Below, one piece after another: positions 39,639 through 49,531 of a stretch of DNA of 64,000 bases (position 1 is its first letter; each line of letters starts with the position of its first letter). The notes under the pieces were generated by a model that had not been told where the DNA came from, ran no database searches, and saw only the letters and a list, made by a program, of their open reading frames with translations. Origin of the DNA: an uncultured delta proteobacterium (GTDB lineage: Bacteria > Desulfobacterota > Binatia > UBA9968); contig CAVWLW010000033.1 in the NCBI GenBank assembly GCA_963755715.1, positions 224,001 to 288,000 on the forward strand. The letters run 5' to 3'. The position numbers and the translations under genes were made by a program.

Positions 39639-40715
39639 TTACCTTTGCGGCAACGGGTCGGGGCCGGTGAGCTTTTTGAATAGCTCCACGGCTTCGCGGT
39701 CACGCGGCATGTCTCTGATCGTTTGCTCCAGCTCCTCCGGCATTTGCGGTTCGGCTTTTAGGCCGGTGAGCTTTGTGTATTCCTTGAAAAAGTCGGCGTC
39801 TCTGTAAGTCTTGCGCATCGCTTCCTGCAGAGTCTTCACCCGGTCTTTCGGTGTGCCGGGCGGAAGGATGAACGGATTGCCGCTGCCGACGAAAGTCCGA
39901 TAGAGCGCGACCAGCTTGCGCTCGAGGGCGGTTTTGGCAAAGCTCTCGATGTCGGCGAGCGCGGCAAAGCGGGGATGAGCGTGCTTTCGTCCCTTCGGGA
40001 TCTCGATGATGGCGTGGAAATCCATCAGGTTTTTTTCGACCCATTCCGGTTTCTCGTGGAGCAGAGCGTCCGCCACGGTCGAGCGAGTGTCGATCTCGCC
40101 GGCCTCAATGGCGACGTCCAGTTCGGGCGAGGCATATCCGGTGACGAATCTGGGCTGTCTCAACCCGATCAGGTGCGCAAACATGCGGCCGGAAATGTAG
40201 ATCAGATGCCCCACCGACTGGGAGCCGATTCTCAGACCGGAAGCCGCGCGGAGCTTCTCCAAACTGTCGAGGCCAGCTTCTTTGCGTGTGAAAAAAACAT
40301 GATAGCCGCCGCTATAGCTGGTGCCGAGATAACTCACTTTATCGATGTCGTAGAGAATCCCACTCTCGCCGAGAATCGGTTGCATAACGAATGGCGTCGA
40401 CATGCGGCCAATGGTCAGGCCGTCCGGACGGACCGATTTATATAGGTGGTTTGCCGCCTTCCGCCCTCCGCCGCCGTCCATGTACTGCATCATAATGGTG
40501 GGATTTCCCGGAATATACTTTTGCAGAAAAGGAACGACGGCTTTGGTCCGCATGCTCCCGACTCCGCCGGGCGCGCTACTCTCAAGTATGGTAACGGTTT
40601 TCCCTTGGAAGAAAGAAGTTTGCGGAAAAGCGACGCCGCCTATGAAAAGACCGGGCAGTAGCGCGCCAAGGGAGATTCGGAGAAATACTGCCGACGTGGA
40701 TCTGTCGCGTCTCAT
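39639..40715 (-). CDS. Bug/TctC-family substrate-binding protein (orphan, divergent)
   Basis: FFQGKTV, IPGNP, PDGLTI, GY, PPGTPKDR motifs. Confidence 0.85.
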   Translation of the reverse strand: MRRDRSTSAVFLRISLGALLPGLFIGGVAFPQTSFFQGKTVTILESSAPGGVGSMRTKAVVPFLQKYIPGNPTIMMQYMDGGGGRKAANHLYKSVRPDGLTIGRMSTPFVMQPILGESGILYDIDKVSYLGTSYSGGYHVFFTRKEAGLDSLEKLRAASGLRIGSQSVGHLIYISGRMFAHLIGLRQPRFVTGYASPELDVAIEAGEIDTRSTVADALLHEKPEWVEKNLMDFHAIIEIPKGRKHAHPRFAALADIESFAKTALERKLVALYRTFVGSGNPFILPPGTPKDRVKTLQEAMRKTYRDADFFKEYTKLTGLKAEPQMPEELEQTIRDMPRDREAVELFKKLTGPDPLPQR

Positions 40716-41030
40716 ATGCACCCCCGTAACATGAGAACTCCGGGTTTCGTCAACTCTCTTCCTGTGATCCTTCCGGTAAACCGCTATGACTCGAAGCCCG
40801 ACTAACACCTCTGAAAAGTCGTGTCAATGAAACAATCTTGGCTTGCCGTGTGAAACGGGCTGGTGCGTGGCCTGGTGGACGTTCCGAATTCGATCCGTGA
40901 AGTAAGCGCATCCGGTCTATCCGGTACAACTGTTTGAAGAGAACATGGCGCGCATTGGGTGGGCGTGATCAGAGATCCGGCGAAGAACGAGTCATGATTA
41001 GGTCGTTCGTCTTGTATCTCGGCACGACCG

Positions 41031-42037
41031 CTATTTTACGCCGTAAGCGCCGTAAAGCTGGTCGATGTAGCCGCTTTTATCGAGCTCCTGGATAAGTTTT
41101 GCGTCGATGAGACTCTCGGCTTTAAGATCGGCCACCGCGGGATTGCGCTTTTCATCAGCCGCTGCACGTTGTTAAGACCTTCCACGGAGGGATAAGGTTT
41201 TCGGTCCGTGGCGCGAAGCAGATCTTGGTAGCCTTGCTCGGCAAGCGCCGGGTTAGATACTTTAAGCCGCCGCGTGATGGTTTCGATCACCGCGGGTTTC
41301 ATCCGCGGGCTCAGCGCGTAGGCGACTCCTTCCAACCACGCCTTCAAGGCGTTTCTCGCCGCGTCCGGTTGCTGGATCAGGTAGCCCGCGCGCACGACAA
41401 TCCCGTTGCTGACGAACGGAATGTTGGTTTTCGAGAGCTCCACCAGGGTCGGAAATCCGCGCTGCTTTAAATCGTTGCTGAAAGCGCTATCGACGACGGT
41501 CGCGTCGATGCTTCCCTTCTCCAACGCTTGGCTGAGCATCGTTTGGTCACCGGCAGCGACGACCTGGATATCGTCGCGACGAGAATCAAGTCCCAGATGT
41601 TCGAGTCCGAGCATCGCCGCCATCCAGATGGTCCCGCCGATCACTTGCACGCCGACACGCTTACCGCGCAAATCTTTGGGATTCTTGATGTTCGGTCTAA
41701 CGACCAGATCGAAAGGGATGCGGCTTGTGAACGTACCGATGACGCGTAGGTCCAAACCGCCGGCCGCCGCGCCTAGAGCCGCAGTGCCGCCGCTGTTGGC
41801 GAGATGAACTTGTCCGCTCGCCATGCTGGCGATCATAACGGGAGAGCCCGGCATGTAGACTTGCTGAACGTTCACGCCAAACTTGGTAAAGAACCCTTTT
41901 TCTTGCGCGATCCAAAGCGGGCTCACCCGGGCGCTGATATTCGCGTAACCGATGACGACTTCCGACGCCGCGAAGAGGAGTGCTGGTGCGAGGACAACGC
42001 CAAGAATGAAAGTTACTGTCAGGTTGAATTTTTTCAT
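41031..42037 (-). CDS. ABC transporter substrate-binding protein, NMT1/SsuA-like (frameshift near C-terminus)
   Basis: PLWIAQEKGFF, DLRGKRVG; natural end ...ELDKSGYIDQLYGAYGVK* in alternate frame. Confidence 0.87.
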
Positions 42038-42335
42038 CGGAAGCAACCCTCATCCGATTTGCTGAGGTTGAAATAGCTGTTGACGATTCGTTTACCACAC
42101 CTTGCGGGCAGGGGAGAAGGCGAATGGAGGAAGAGCGTGGATGCGAGGCGAGAAGTCATAGGTGCCCGTCAAACTCAGTTTGACCCGTTATACGCAGACT
42201 CGTTATACGTAGCGAAAGAATGTCGAATGTTGGGGTATAGCGGAAAATCTTAAGCAACAACGCTCGCGCGTTCTGCGGGCTGCAATAGACACGTTTCTGC
42301 TGTGAAATTTCCACAAGATCAGTTTGGAGGCGCAG

Positions 42336-43469
42336 ATGATTAAGGCGTGGGACGCGGACGGGCATGTATCGGAATCCGAAGTGACGTTCTCGGACAAATA
42401 CTGGGATCTTAAATTGAAGGATCGCAGACCGAGCATCGTGGAGACCGGACCGGACGGGCCGCTCTACTGGATGATCGATACCCGCTCTTTTCCCGTGAGG
42501 AGCGGGCCCTATCAGCAAGCCGGCTTTCCCCTAAGCAAGAACGGCGTCGCGGCCAAAGTCACGCCGGGAATCAGCCCTCATGATCCCGTCGAAAGCGCGG
42601 AAATGCGCTCGGTCAAGGCTCGCGTCGAACAATTGGACCGGGAGAATACCGCGCTTCAAGTGATCTATCCCACGATGTTTCTCTCCTATCCGATCACCTA
42701 TGATCGGGAATTGGCCGTGGCGATGATGCGCGCCTACAATAGCTGGGTCGCCGATCTCACCAGCCAATATCCGGACCGCCTAAAGTGGGTCACGGTTGTC
42801 GATCCCGTCGATCCGCAGGCATCGGTTCGGGAAATCGAGCGAGGCAAGGAGCGGGGAGCCGTAGCCGTGATGCTTCTCGGCGTCACCGGAGATGTGCGAA
42901 TCGACGACCCGCCCATGGAGCCGATCTGGGCCGCGGCCAACGACACTGGGCTTCCCGTCGCGGTGCATACCGGACACAGCTTTCGCGCCCTCGGCCAGGT
43001 TAACGACACGCACCATGATAAGACGGCGCTATCCTTTTGGCTGACCGTGCAGTTCGCCTTCCACCGTGTGATCTCGAAAGGGATCGCCGACCGCTACCCG
43101 AATTTAAAGATTGCGTTTCTCGAAGCCGGATGTTCCTGGGTCCCGGCTTTGGTGGAGCGGATCGAAGAATACAGCGGCTTTCCCGGAGCGCGGGCGGGAG
43201 TTGATTTTCACAGGGGTTACACCGGCAAGCATTTGCCCAAGGAATACATCGAGCGCGGACAGATTTATTTCGGCTTCGAGGTCGATGAGAAACTTCTCCC
43301 GTTCGCCATCGAAGAGTTCGGCGACCAGTGCTGGGTTTACGGCTCGGATATCCCGCACGGAGACCGCCTCTACGGCGCGGTCGATGTTTTCCTCAAGCGA
43401 GACGATATCAGCGAGGAGAGCAAGCGAAAGCTGCTCGTTGATAACACAGCGCGCTTTTACGGGCTCTAA
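42336..43469 (+). CDS. Amidohydrolase family protein (Amidohydro_2)
   Basis: DADGH, RAYNSW, VAVH, FLEAGCSW, GSDIPH, NTARFY motifs. Confidence 0.92.
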   Translation: MIKAWDADGHVSESEVTFSDKYWDLKLKDRRPSIVETGPDGPLYWMIDTRSFPVRSGPYQQAGFPLSKNGVAAKVTPGISPHDPVESAEMRSVKARVEQLDRENTALQVIYPTMFLSYPITYDRELAVAMMRAYNSWVADLTSQYPDRLKWVTVVDPVDPQASVREIERGKERGAVAVMLLGVTGDVRIDDPPMEPIWAAANDTGLPVAVHTGHSFRALGQVNDTHHDKTALSFWLTVQFAFHRVISKGIADRYPNLKIAFLEAGCSWVPALVERIEEYSGFPGARAGVDFHRGYTGKHLPKEYIERGQIYFGFEVDEKLLPFAIEEFGDQCWVYGSDIPHGDRLYGAVDVFLKRDDISEESKRKLLVDNTARFYGL

Positions 43470-43491
43470 AAGTTGGAAACGTAATCGTCTA

Positions 43492-43728
43492 GGGTTTCGG
43501 AGAGCTCATCAAAAAGCTAGCCACCAAAGCCGGTATCAAGCCCCAGACGTTACGGCGCAAGGGGCGAATGGCAAGGATCGTGGAGGCGCGGGATCGATTT
43601 ATACAGACAGCGGTGTTTGAAGAGGGGTACCTCGGCTCCGAAGGCGCCGGCTTTCTTGCCTGTCATCCATCCAACGTCAGTCGGGCGCTGCAGAAAGACG
43701 ATGGAGTTAATAGACTTAGGCAAGTCTG
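43492..43728 (+). mobile_element. 3' remnant of a RAYT (C-terminal DnaA_C-like HTH) plus right-hand end hairpin
   Basis: Reads GELIKKLATKAGIKPQTLRRKGRMARIVEARDRF...GY...FLACHPSNVSRALQK; followed by AGTTAATAGACTTAGGCAAGTCTG (43705-43728), the exact reverse complement of the 24-mer upstream of the RAYT 5' fragments. Confidence 0.72.
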
Positions 43729-43740
43729 TCATAGGACCAG

Positions 43741-43847
43741 TCGACCATCCTCGGAATCGTAACACCGATCTGCTTCGTCGCTTTGAGATTGATGATGAAC
43801 TCGAATTTGATCGGCTGCTCGAAGGGAATATTAGCTGGTTTGATGCC
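43741..43847 (-). pseudogene. C-terminal scar of an ABC_sub_bind-family substrate-binding protein
   Basis: GIKPANIPFEQPIKFEFIINLKATKQIGVTIP matches the family C-terminal signature; no upstream body. Confidence 0.75.
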
Positions 43848-43860
43848 GTTGAGATGTTGT

Positions 43861-44956
43861 TTACTTAGGTAAAGGGCTTGTGCTGCGCAGTACCGGCAGC
43901 CCCATTTGCTGCCACAAAAGCATGCCGCCATGTAGGTTGGCTACCCGAGGAAAACCGGCATCGCGTAGGATCACCGTGGCTTGACCGGAACGCATGCCCG
44001 CGTGGCACACGGGGATCACGGGCTTGTCCTTGGGAATTTCCGCCAGGCGGTCTTTCAGTTCGTTTAACGGAACACATTGAGCCGTGGCGATGTGGCCCAG
44101 CTTGTCCTCCAGTTCTTCGGGTTGGCGCACGTCGAGCACGTGGACTTCAGCGAGATGCTCGGCGACCCACTCCGGGTCGATCTCGAGCAGCCCCGCGTAG
44201 CTCCGCCGCACCGGTCCCCAATCCGCGGGTCGCGGTAACTTCTCATCCTGCGGCTTGCCGCAACGCAGATTAGCCGGCACGGCAATAGCAATCTGCTTGG
44301 GGTGCGGAAGGTTCAGGTTTTCCATGAAGCCGACAAAGTCGCGCTCATCGGCATGACCGCCGATGCGCGGATTGTGCGCACGTTCCTCGCCGACCGAAGA
44401 CATGGTGCGGCCACTGTAATCGTGCCCAGGAAACAACAAGCAATCGTCCGGTAGACTGAAGATCTGCTCGGTGATGGAGCGGTAGAGCGTGCTGGCGTTG
44501 CCGTGCTGGAAATCGCAGCGGCCGGCGCCGCGGATCAGCAGACAGTCGCCGGTGAACGCCATGCGGTGGTCGTCGGTCACGTAGGTGACGCATCCGTCGG
44601 TGTGGCCGGGCGTAGCGCGCACTTCCAGATACCGTTCCCCGAAAACCACCCGGTCGCCATGATCGAAGCGCAGGTCCGCCCCCTGCGTCGCAGCGCAGCG
44701 CTTCGAAATACCGATACGGCAGCCGGTCGCCTGTTGCATCAACCACGCGCCGGTCACGTGGTCGGCGTGGCAGTGCGTGTCGAGCACGGCGAGCAGCTTC
44801 AAGCCGAGTTCTTCCACCAGCGCGCGATCGCGGAAGTGCTGCTCGAAGACTGTGTCGATGATCACGGCCTCAAGGCTTTGCGGGTCGCCCACCACGTAGG
44901 TATAGGTCGACGAAGCAAGCGTCGAACAGTTGGCGAAAAATAATGTTGCCGAACAT
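43861..44956 (-). CDS. Persulfide dioxygenase (ETHE1-like MBL)-rhodanese fusion; frameshift near the start
   Basis: FRQLFD..SSTYTY, THCHADH, TPGHT, GRCDFQ, PGHDY; rhodanese VLDVR...VCHAGMRS; AGGAG RBS before ATG 44956. Confidence 0.9.
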
Positions 44957-44983
44957 GGGTAGCTCCTAAAGTGTTCGAGTCCG

Positions 44984-45416
44984 TTATGCGATTCCACTCA
45001 GCTTGGTCAGCAGGATCCCAATCAACCACAGGAAACTGACGATCTGCACGAAAAAGAATCCGAAGCGTACGGATGCCACCGTGTTGGTCTGAACGAAGCA
45101 TACGTGCACCAGCGATTGCATGATGCGGGCAACCAGAACCGCGACTGCCAGCGCATTCACAAAGGCGCTGGCCACGTTGCCAACGTACAGCCCGAAAACA
45201 ATTGCGCCAAAAACCGGAAGGTTTTCGACGCAGTTCGCGTGGGCCCGCATCGCGCGCTATGTACCAATCGGCTCCCTCAATCTGATCAGCCCGGAAGCTG
45301 CGTATCGGCATACGTCCCGTCAGAATCCGACTCCAACGGTATACGCCAACCGTAGCGAGCAACAACAGTACGGTCCAAGCGGCGAATCCCACCAGCATCC
45401 CCACGGGTACCGTCAT
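44984..45416 (-). CDS. MAPEG-family membrane protein, frameshifted
   Basis: RAHANCVENLPVF motif; N-terminal half in 44862..45416, C-terminal half in 44984..45250. Confidence 0.87.
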
Positions 45417-45557
45417 GAGGTCGCCTCATCGTGTGACGCATAAGTGTTCAGTCTACTGCCGAATGTCCGGCCGTATTTCACGTTTTTATTTTCGATTCCA
45501 CAAGAACAAACCCGATTGAAATATTCTCCAGTTGCCAAGATCCTGTCAAGGATATTC

Positions 45558-45832
45558 AGCAGGCCGCTGAAAAAGACCCATATGTCGATTGCCCTGAGAA
45601 TCATCGAAGGCTGCGTCAATGGCCTCGAGCGTCAAGGATAAGGGATAAAGGATGAAAAATGGGATTAGTATTATCCTATGGCGTTTTCCTTTATCGTGCG
45701 ACTGTTTACACGCTGTCAAAAAGATCCAGACGCGATCACGGAAAAATCGACGAGCGCAGGCGTACATCGGCAGTACGTTGACTCAGGCGATTGAGCGCAA
45801 CGAAGCATATGGGACTATTTTCAGCAGCTGCT
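45558..45832. mobile_element. MITE-like element(s) with GCTGCTGAAAA-type termini
   Basis: 27-bp imperfect inverted repeat AGCAGGCCGCTGAAAAAGACCCATATG (45558-45584) vs CATATGGGACTATTTTCAGCAGCTGCT (45806-45832); inner ~125-bp unit starts near 45710. Confidence 0.65.
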
Positions 45833-47119
45833 CATGCGCTTAGCCAACTCGGCGGGCGAGGCCATGGCCAGGGACAGTGGCACCATGAGAGCGCTGATGG
45901 CGATGAGTCCCCAGATGGCGGCGGAGTAGTTCCCGTGCAGGTCGAAGATCAAGCCCATGACCAAGGGACCGACGACTCCCGCCGCAATCGGCCCTCCCTG
46001 CAGAAGGCCCAAGATTCTTCCGATAGCCCGGGTGCCGAACATGATGCTGCCGACGGCGCCGCGCATGGGAACAAGGCAGCCGAAGCCGACGCCGAAACCC
46101 AGCGCGAAAGGCAATGTGGCCCAGACCGTTTTGACTTCTGCAATCTGGAGGTACAACAGCGAAAGGGCCATCATCGCGGCGACGATTGCGAGGACGAGGC
46201 GATAGTCCATCCTGTCCAGCAGAAAGCCGCCGCCGATGCGTCCGATACCGCTGAGGACGAAGACAAAGGACATGACCACGGCCGCCCAGGCCGCGGTGAG
46301 TCCGATGTCTTGCTGGAAGTAGGGAATCATGTGGCCCTGGACGGCGGAGTTTACGGCGAAAGTCCCCGACAAGTAGCTCGTGAATAGCCAGAACTCCTTG
46401 GTACGGAACACTGCGTGGAGCGTCAGCCCGGCGTCCGTTCGGCGGCGCAATGGGCCGCTAAGGTGTTCCGTGGAGGCGCCATCCTCCGGTGGGTCGCCAT
46501 CGGGCCGCAAGCCGTAGGGTTCCGGCCGGTCGCGTACCAGCGTGCTGAGCAGCGTGACACCGACCAAGACCAAGGCACCGTAGCCGAAGAGGACGACGCG
46601 CCAGCCGTACGCCTCCTCGATCTGCGTGTTCAGTATGACGAGGGGCGAGCCGAAGATGGGACCCGTTACCGCAAGCCCCGTGGCCAGGCCGCGGTTGCGA
46701 CGAAACCACCTCGATATGATCACGGGCCAGGTGACCGCGTGGCTGACGCCGGATGCTCCCAGGGAAATGACCACGAAGCAGAGAAAAAACGTGACGATGC
46801 CGGTGATGAAGCCGAGGCCGATGAAGCCGACGCCCGAGATGACGGCGCTCCAGAAAATCAATTTACGCGCGCTGAAGCGATCCAGCAGGAAGCCGACAGC
46901 GGGACTGACAATGCCGGACTCCAACTGGCGCAGCGACATGGCGGCTGAAATAACCCAGCGGTCCCAGCCGAAGGCGCGTTCTATCGGAATGATGAGAACG
47001 CCGAAGCCCTGGAAATAGGCGGCGGAAAAAATCGTGTTGGTCACGACGCTCGCGACGACCATATACCAGCCGAAAAAAATCCGAGGCCTCCCTGATTTCT
47101 CAGTGTGGGTAGCGATCAT
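45821..47119 (-). CDS. MFS transporter (MCT/OFA-like)
   Basis: IFFGWYMV, GFLLDRFSARK, SRWFRRNRGLA, GFLLDR motifs; ~12 TM. Confidence 0.9.
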   Translation of the reverse strand: MIATHTEKSGRPRIFFGWYMVVASVVTNTIFSAAYFQGFGVLIIPIERAFGWDRWVISAAMSLRQLESGIVSPAVGFLLDRFSARKLIFWSAVISGVGFIGLGFITGIVTFFLCFVVISLGASGVSHAVTWPVIISRWFRRNRGLATGLAVTGPIFGSPLVILNTQIEEAYGWRVVLFGYGALVLVGVTLLSTLVRDRPEPYGLRPDGDPPEDGASTEHLSGPLRRRTDAGLTLHAVFRTKEFWLFTSYLSGTFAVNSAVQGHMIPYFQQDIGLTAAWAAVVMSFVFVLSGIGRIGGGFLLDRMDYRLVLAIVAAMMALSLLYLQIAEVKTVWATLPFALGFGVGFGCLVPMRGAVGSIMFGTRAIGRILGLLQGGPIAAGVVGPLVMGLIFDLHGNYSAAIWGLIAISALMVPLSLAMASPAELAKRMSSC

Positions 47120-47408
47120 TCCGGGCTTTCTGTGCAGATACGGCGGAGCATATTAATTTATGATAGTCATCGCGGCTGCATTGAACACAGGGGACGGGAG
47201 TGGGGTACGGGTAAGGTCGGACCGCGCTCTGCCTAAGTAACTCGGAAATTTTCCTTCCAGAAAATATGGTTGTTTTCCGATCTTAGCACATACACAGGGC
47301 ATTTCGCTTGCGGCGTATTGAGCTAGGCGAAGCGTCCGAACGCTTGACACGAGCCTCGCTGCCAAACTAACTTCCAGCGACGATAGCCAAACCACGAGGA
47401 GGTGGCGC

Positions 47409-48440
47409 ATGGCGAAAACGCTCGGCGTATTTTTGCTCCTGATCATTATCTCGGTATCGCTGGTCTCGGCGCGTGCTGCCTCGGTCGAGGACTTCTACAA
47501 GGGCAAAACCATCCAGTTCGTCGTCGGCGGCACCGCCGGCGGCGGCTATGATACGTACACCAGGCTGATCGCGCGCCACTTCCCTCAATACGTTCCGGGC
47601 AAACCGTCCACTGTCGTTCAAAATATGCCTGGAGCCGCCATGCTGATCGCGGCGAATTACACTTATAATAGTGCTCCCCGCGACGGCACGGTCATCGGGA
47701 ATTGGTCCGGCCCGCTTATTTTACAGCACATGATGGGCAATCCGGCGGTGCAATTCGAGGGACGCAAGTTTGGTTGGCTCGGTATGCCGACAGCGGATGC
47801 GCTGGTGTGCATAACGACTGAACGCAGCGGGATCAGAACGGCAGAGGATTGGCGCAAGGCTAAAACCCGCGTCAAGCTCGGCGCGATTGGCCCCGGCACC
47901 AGCGGAACCGACGACACCAAGATTCTCGCCGCCGCCACGGATTTCCCGCTGCAGCTGATCGAGGGCTACAAGGGCACCGCCGACATCAGGATTGCCGCGG
48001 AAACCGGGGAAGTCGACGGCACCTGCGCCTTTGGCTGGCAATCGGCGAAGGTGACGTGGGCCAACGCGCTGAAGGCCAAACAGGTGCATGTCGTGCTCCA
48101 GACGATGCTCGAGCCCCATCCTGAGCTGAAGGGTGTTCCTCTCGCCGTCGATTACGCCAAGACGGACGAGGGGAAAAAACTCCTGCGCATCGCCAGCGAG
48201 CTTTACGGCAAGCAGAGACTCTATTCTCTCCCGCCCCAAGTGCCCGAGCAGCGTCTGCGAACACTGCAAAAAGCTTTCATCAGTGTTCTGAAAGATCCTC
48301 AGCTTCTGGCCGAGGCGGAAAAGGCGAAACTCGAGATCGACCCGATCGACGGACCCGGCGTGGAAAAGATGGTCAACGGCTTGTATGAAATCGAGCCTGC
48401 CATCGTGAGTCGAGTGAAACAGATACTCGAGTCAAAGTAG
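47409..48440 (+). CDS. Bug/TctC-family substrate-binding protein (orphan)
   Basis: FYKGKTI, GGGYDTY.R, NMPGA, GYKGT, GEVDG motifs. Confidence 0.9.
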   Translation: MAKTLGVFLLLIIISVSLVSARAASVEDFYKGKTIQFVVGGTAGGGYDTYTRLIARHFPQYVPGKPSTVVQNMPGAAMLIAANYTYNSAPRDGTVIGNWSGPLILQHMMGNPAVQFEGRKFGWLGMPTADALVCITTERSGIRTAEDWRKAKTRVKLGAIGPGTSGTDDTKILAAATDFPLQLIEGYKGTADIRIAAETGEVDGTCAFGWQSAKVTWANALKAKQVHVVLQTMLEPHPELKGVPLAVDYAKTDEGKKLLRIASELYGKQRLYSLPPQVPEQRLRTLQKAFISVLKDPQLLAEAEKAKLEIDPIDGPGVEKMVNGLYEIEPAIVSRVKQILESK

Positions 48441-48460
48441 GACGATAGCCAGCAGGCAAA

Positions 48461-48684
48461 GGCAAGCATCTGCCCAAGGAAAATACATCGAGCGCGGACA
48501 GATTTATTTCGGCTTCGAGGTCGATGAGAAACTTCTCCCGTTCGCAATCGAAGAGAGGCGAAGTGCTGGGTTTATGGCTCCGATATCCCGCAAGGAGACT
48601 GCATCTACGGCGCGGTCGATGTCTTCCTGAAGCGAGACGCGATGTCAGCGAGGAGAGCAAGCGAAAGCTGCTCATTGACAACAC
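48461..48684 (+). pseudogene. Degenerate duplicate of the 3' end of the amidohydrolase at 43224..43448
   Basis: Long identical stretch, e.g. ATACATCGAGCGCGGACAGATTTATTTCGGCTTCGAGGTCGATGAGAAACTTCTCCCGTTCGC, with indels elsewhere. Confidence 0.9.
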
Positions 48685-48738
48685 GCTGACTCATCAATGG
48701 GGCTCAGGCCAACGTCAAACTTTTAAGAGGAGGGTATC

Positions 48739-49530
48739 ATGTGTATTGTCAGTACAGTCGGGCTCGGGGGGCGAAACGATTTGACCGATGTGACGGTATT
48801 TCAGATCCTTTTCAATCTAAATGTTCCTCGTTTCCCCGATCCAAAGCCCGAGAAGCTCGCTACCGATGGACGGATCGGTTCTAAGACGATTGACGCCATC
48901 AAGAACTTCGAGACTAAGGTCATGCGGCTCGCGAGCTCAGATTCCATTGTGGCGCCGGGCGATGCAACCGTGGCGGCCCTTCTGAATGGTCTGGTGCCGG
49001 GTCCATCGAGAGAAAAGCTCTCGGTTGTGATGCCGCGCGCGTTGCTGGACAAGATCGATCGTTATTACGATCCGCTCGTCGCAAGCATGAAGAAGTATCA
49101 CATCACGACCGACCTTCGAATGGCTCACTTTATTGCCCAGATCGGTCACGAAACCGCTTCTTTCCTCTGGGCCGAAGAGCTTGCCGATGGGTCTGCATAC
49201 GAAGGGAGACGGGATCTTGGAAATACGGATCCCGGTGACGGTAAACGTTTCAAGGGGCGCGGCCTGATCCAGCTGACCGGACGCGCGAATTACACGGAGT
49301 ACAAGAAAGTCGCGGGGTTTGACTGCGTGGCCGAACCAGGACGAGTCGCTTCGGACGCGTCCGTTGCTGTCGACGTTGCCTGCTGGTATTGGGACAGGCA
49401 CAAGCTAAATGATCTTGCCGACAGAGACGACGTGAAAGCGATAACCAAAGCGATTAACGGTGGTTTCAACGGACTCGATGATCGCGTCCAGTATCTCTTC
49501 AGAGCCAAGGCCGTGCTCGGCATCAAGTAG
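48739..49530 (+). CDS. Glycoside hydrolase family 19 (lysozyme-like) with N-terminal peptidoglycan-binding-like domain
   Basis: FIAQIGHET, YEGRRDLGN, GRGLIQLTGRANY, INGGFNGLDDR; N-terminal DG.IG..T..AI..F. Confidence 0.92.
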   Translation: MCIVSTVGLGGRNDLTDVTVFQILFNLNVPRFPDPKPEKLATDGRIGSKTIDAIKNFETKVMRLASSDSIVAPGDATVAALLNGLVPGPSREKLSVVMPRALLDKIDRYYDPLVASMKKYHITTDLRMAHFIAQIGHETASFLWAEELADGSAYEGRRDLGNTDPGDGKRFKGRGLIQLTGRANYTEYKKVAGFDCVAEPGRVASDASVAVDVACWYWDRHKLNDLADRDDVKAITKAINGGFNGLDDRVQYLFRAKAVLGIK

Positions 49531-49531
49531 A

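Noticed and set aside
45821-47119. MFS as the missing OxlT antiporter
   Set aside because: It lies 14 kb from the cluster in a mosaic region, and I recognised no OxlT-specific signature.
48739-49530. GH19 as a prophage endolysin
   Set aside because: No holin, spanin, structural or integrase genes nearby; the neighbour looks like an immunity lipoprotein.
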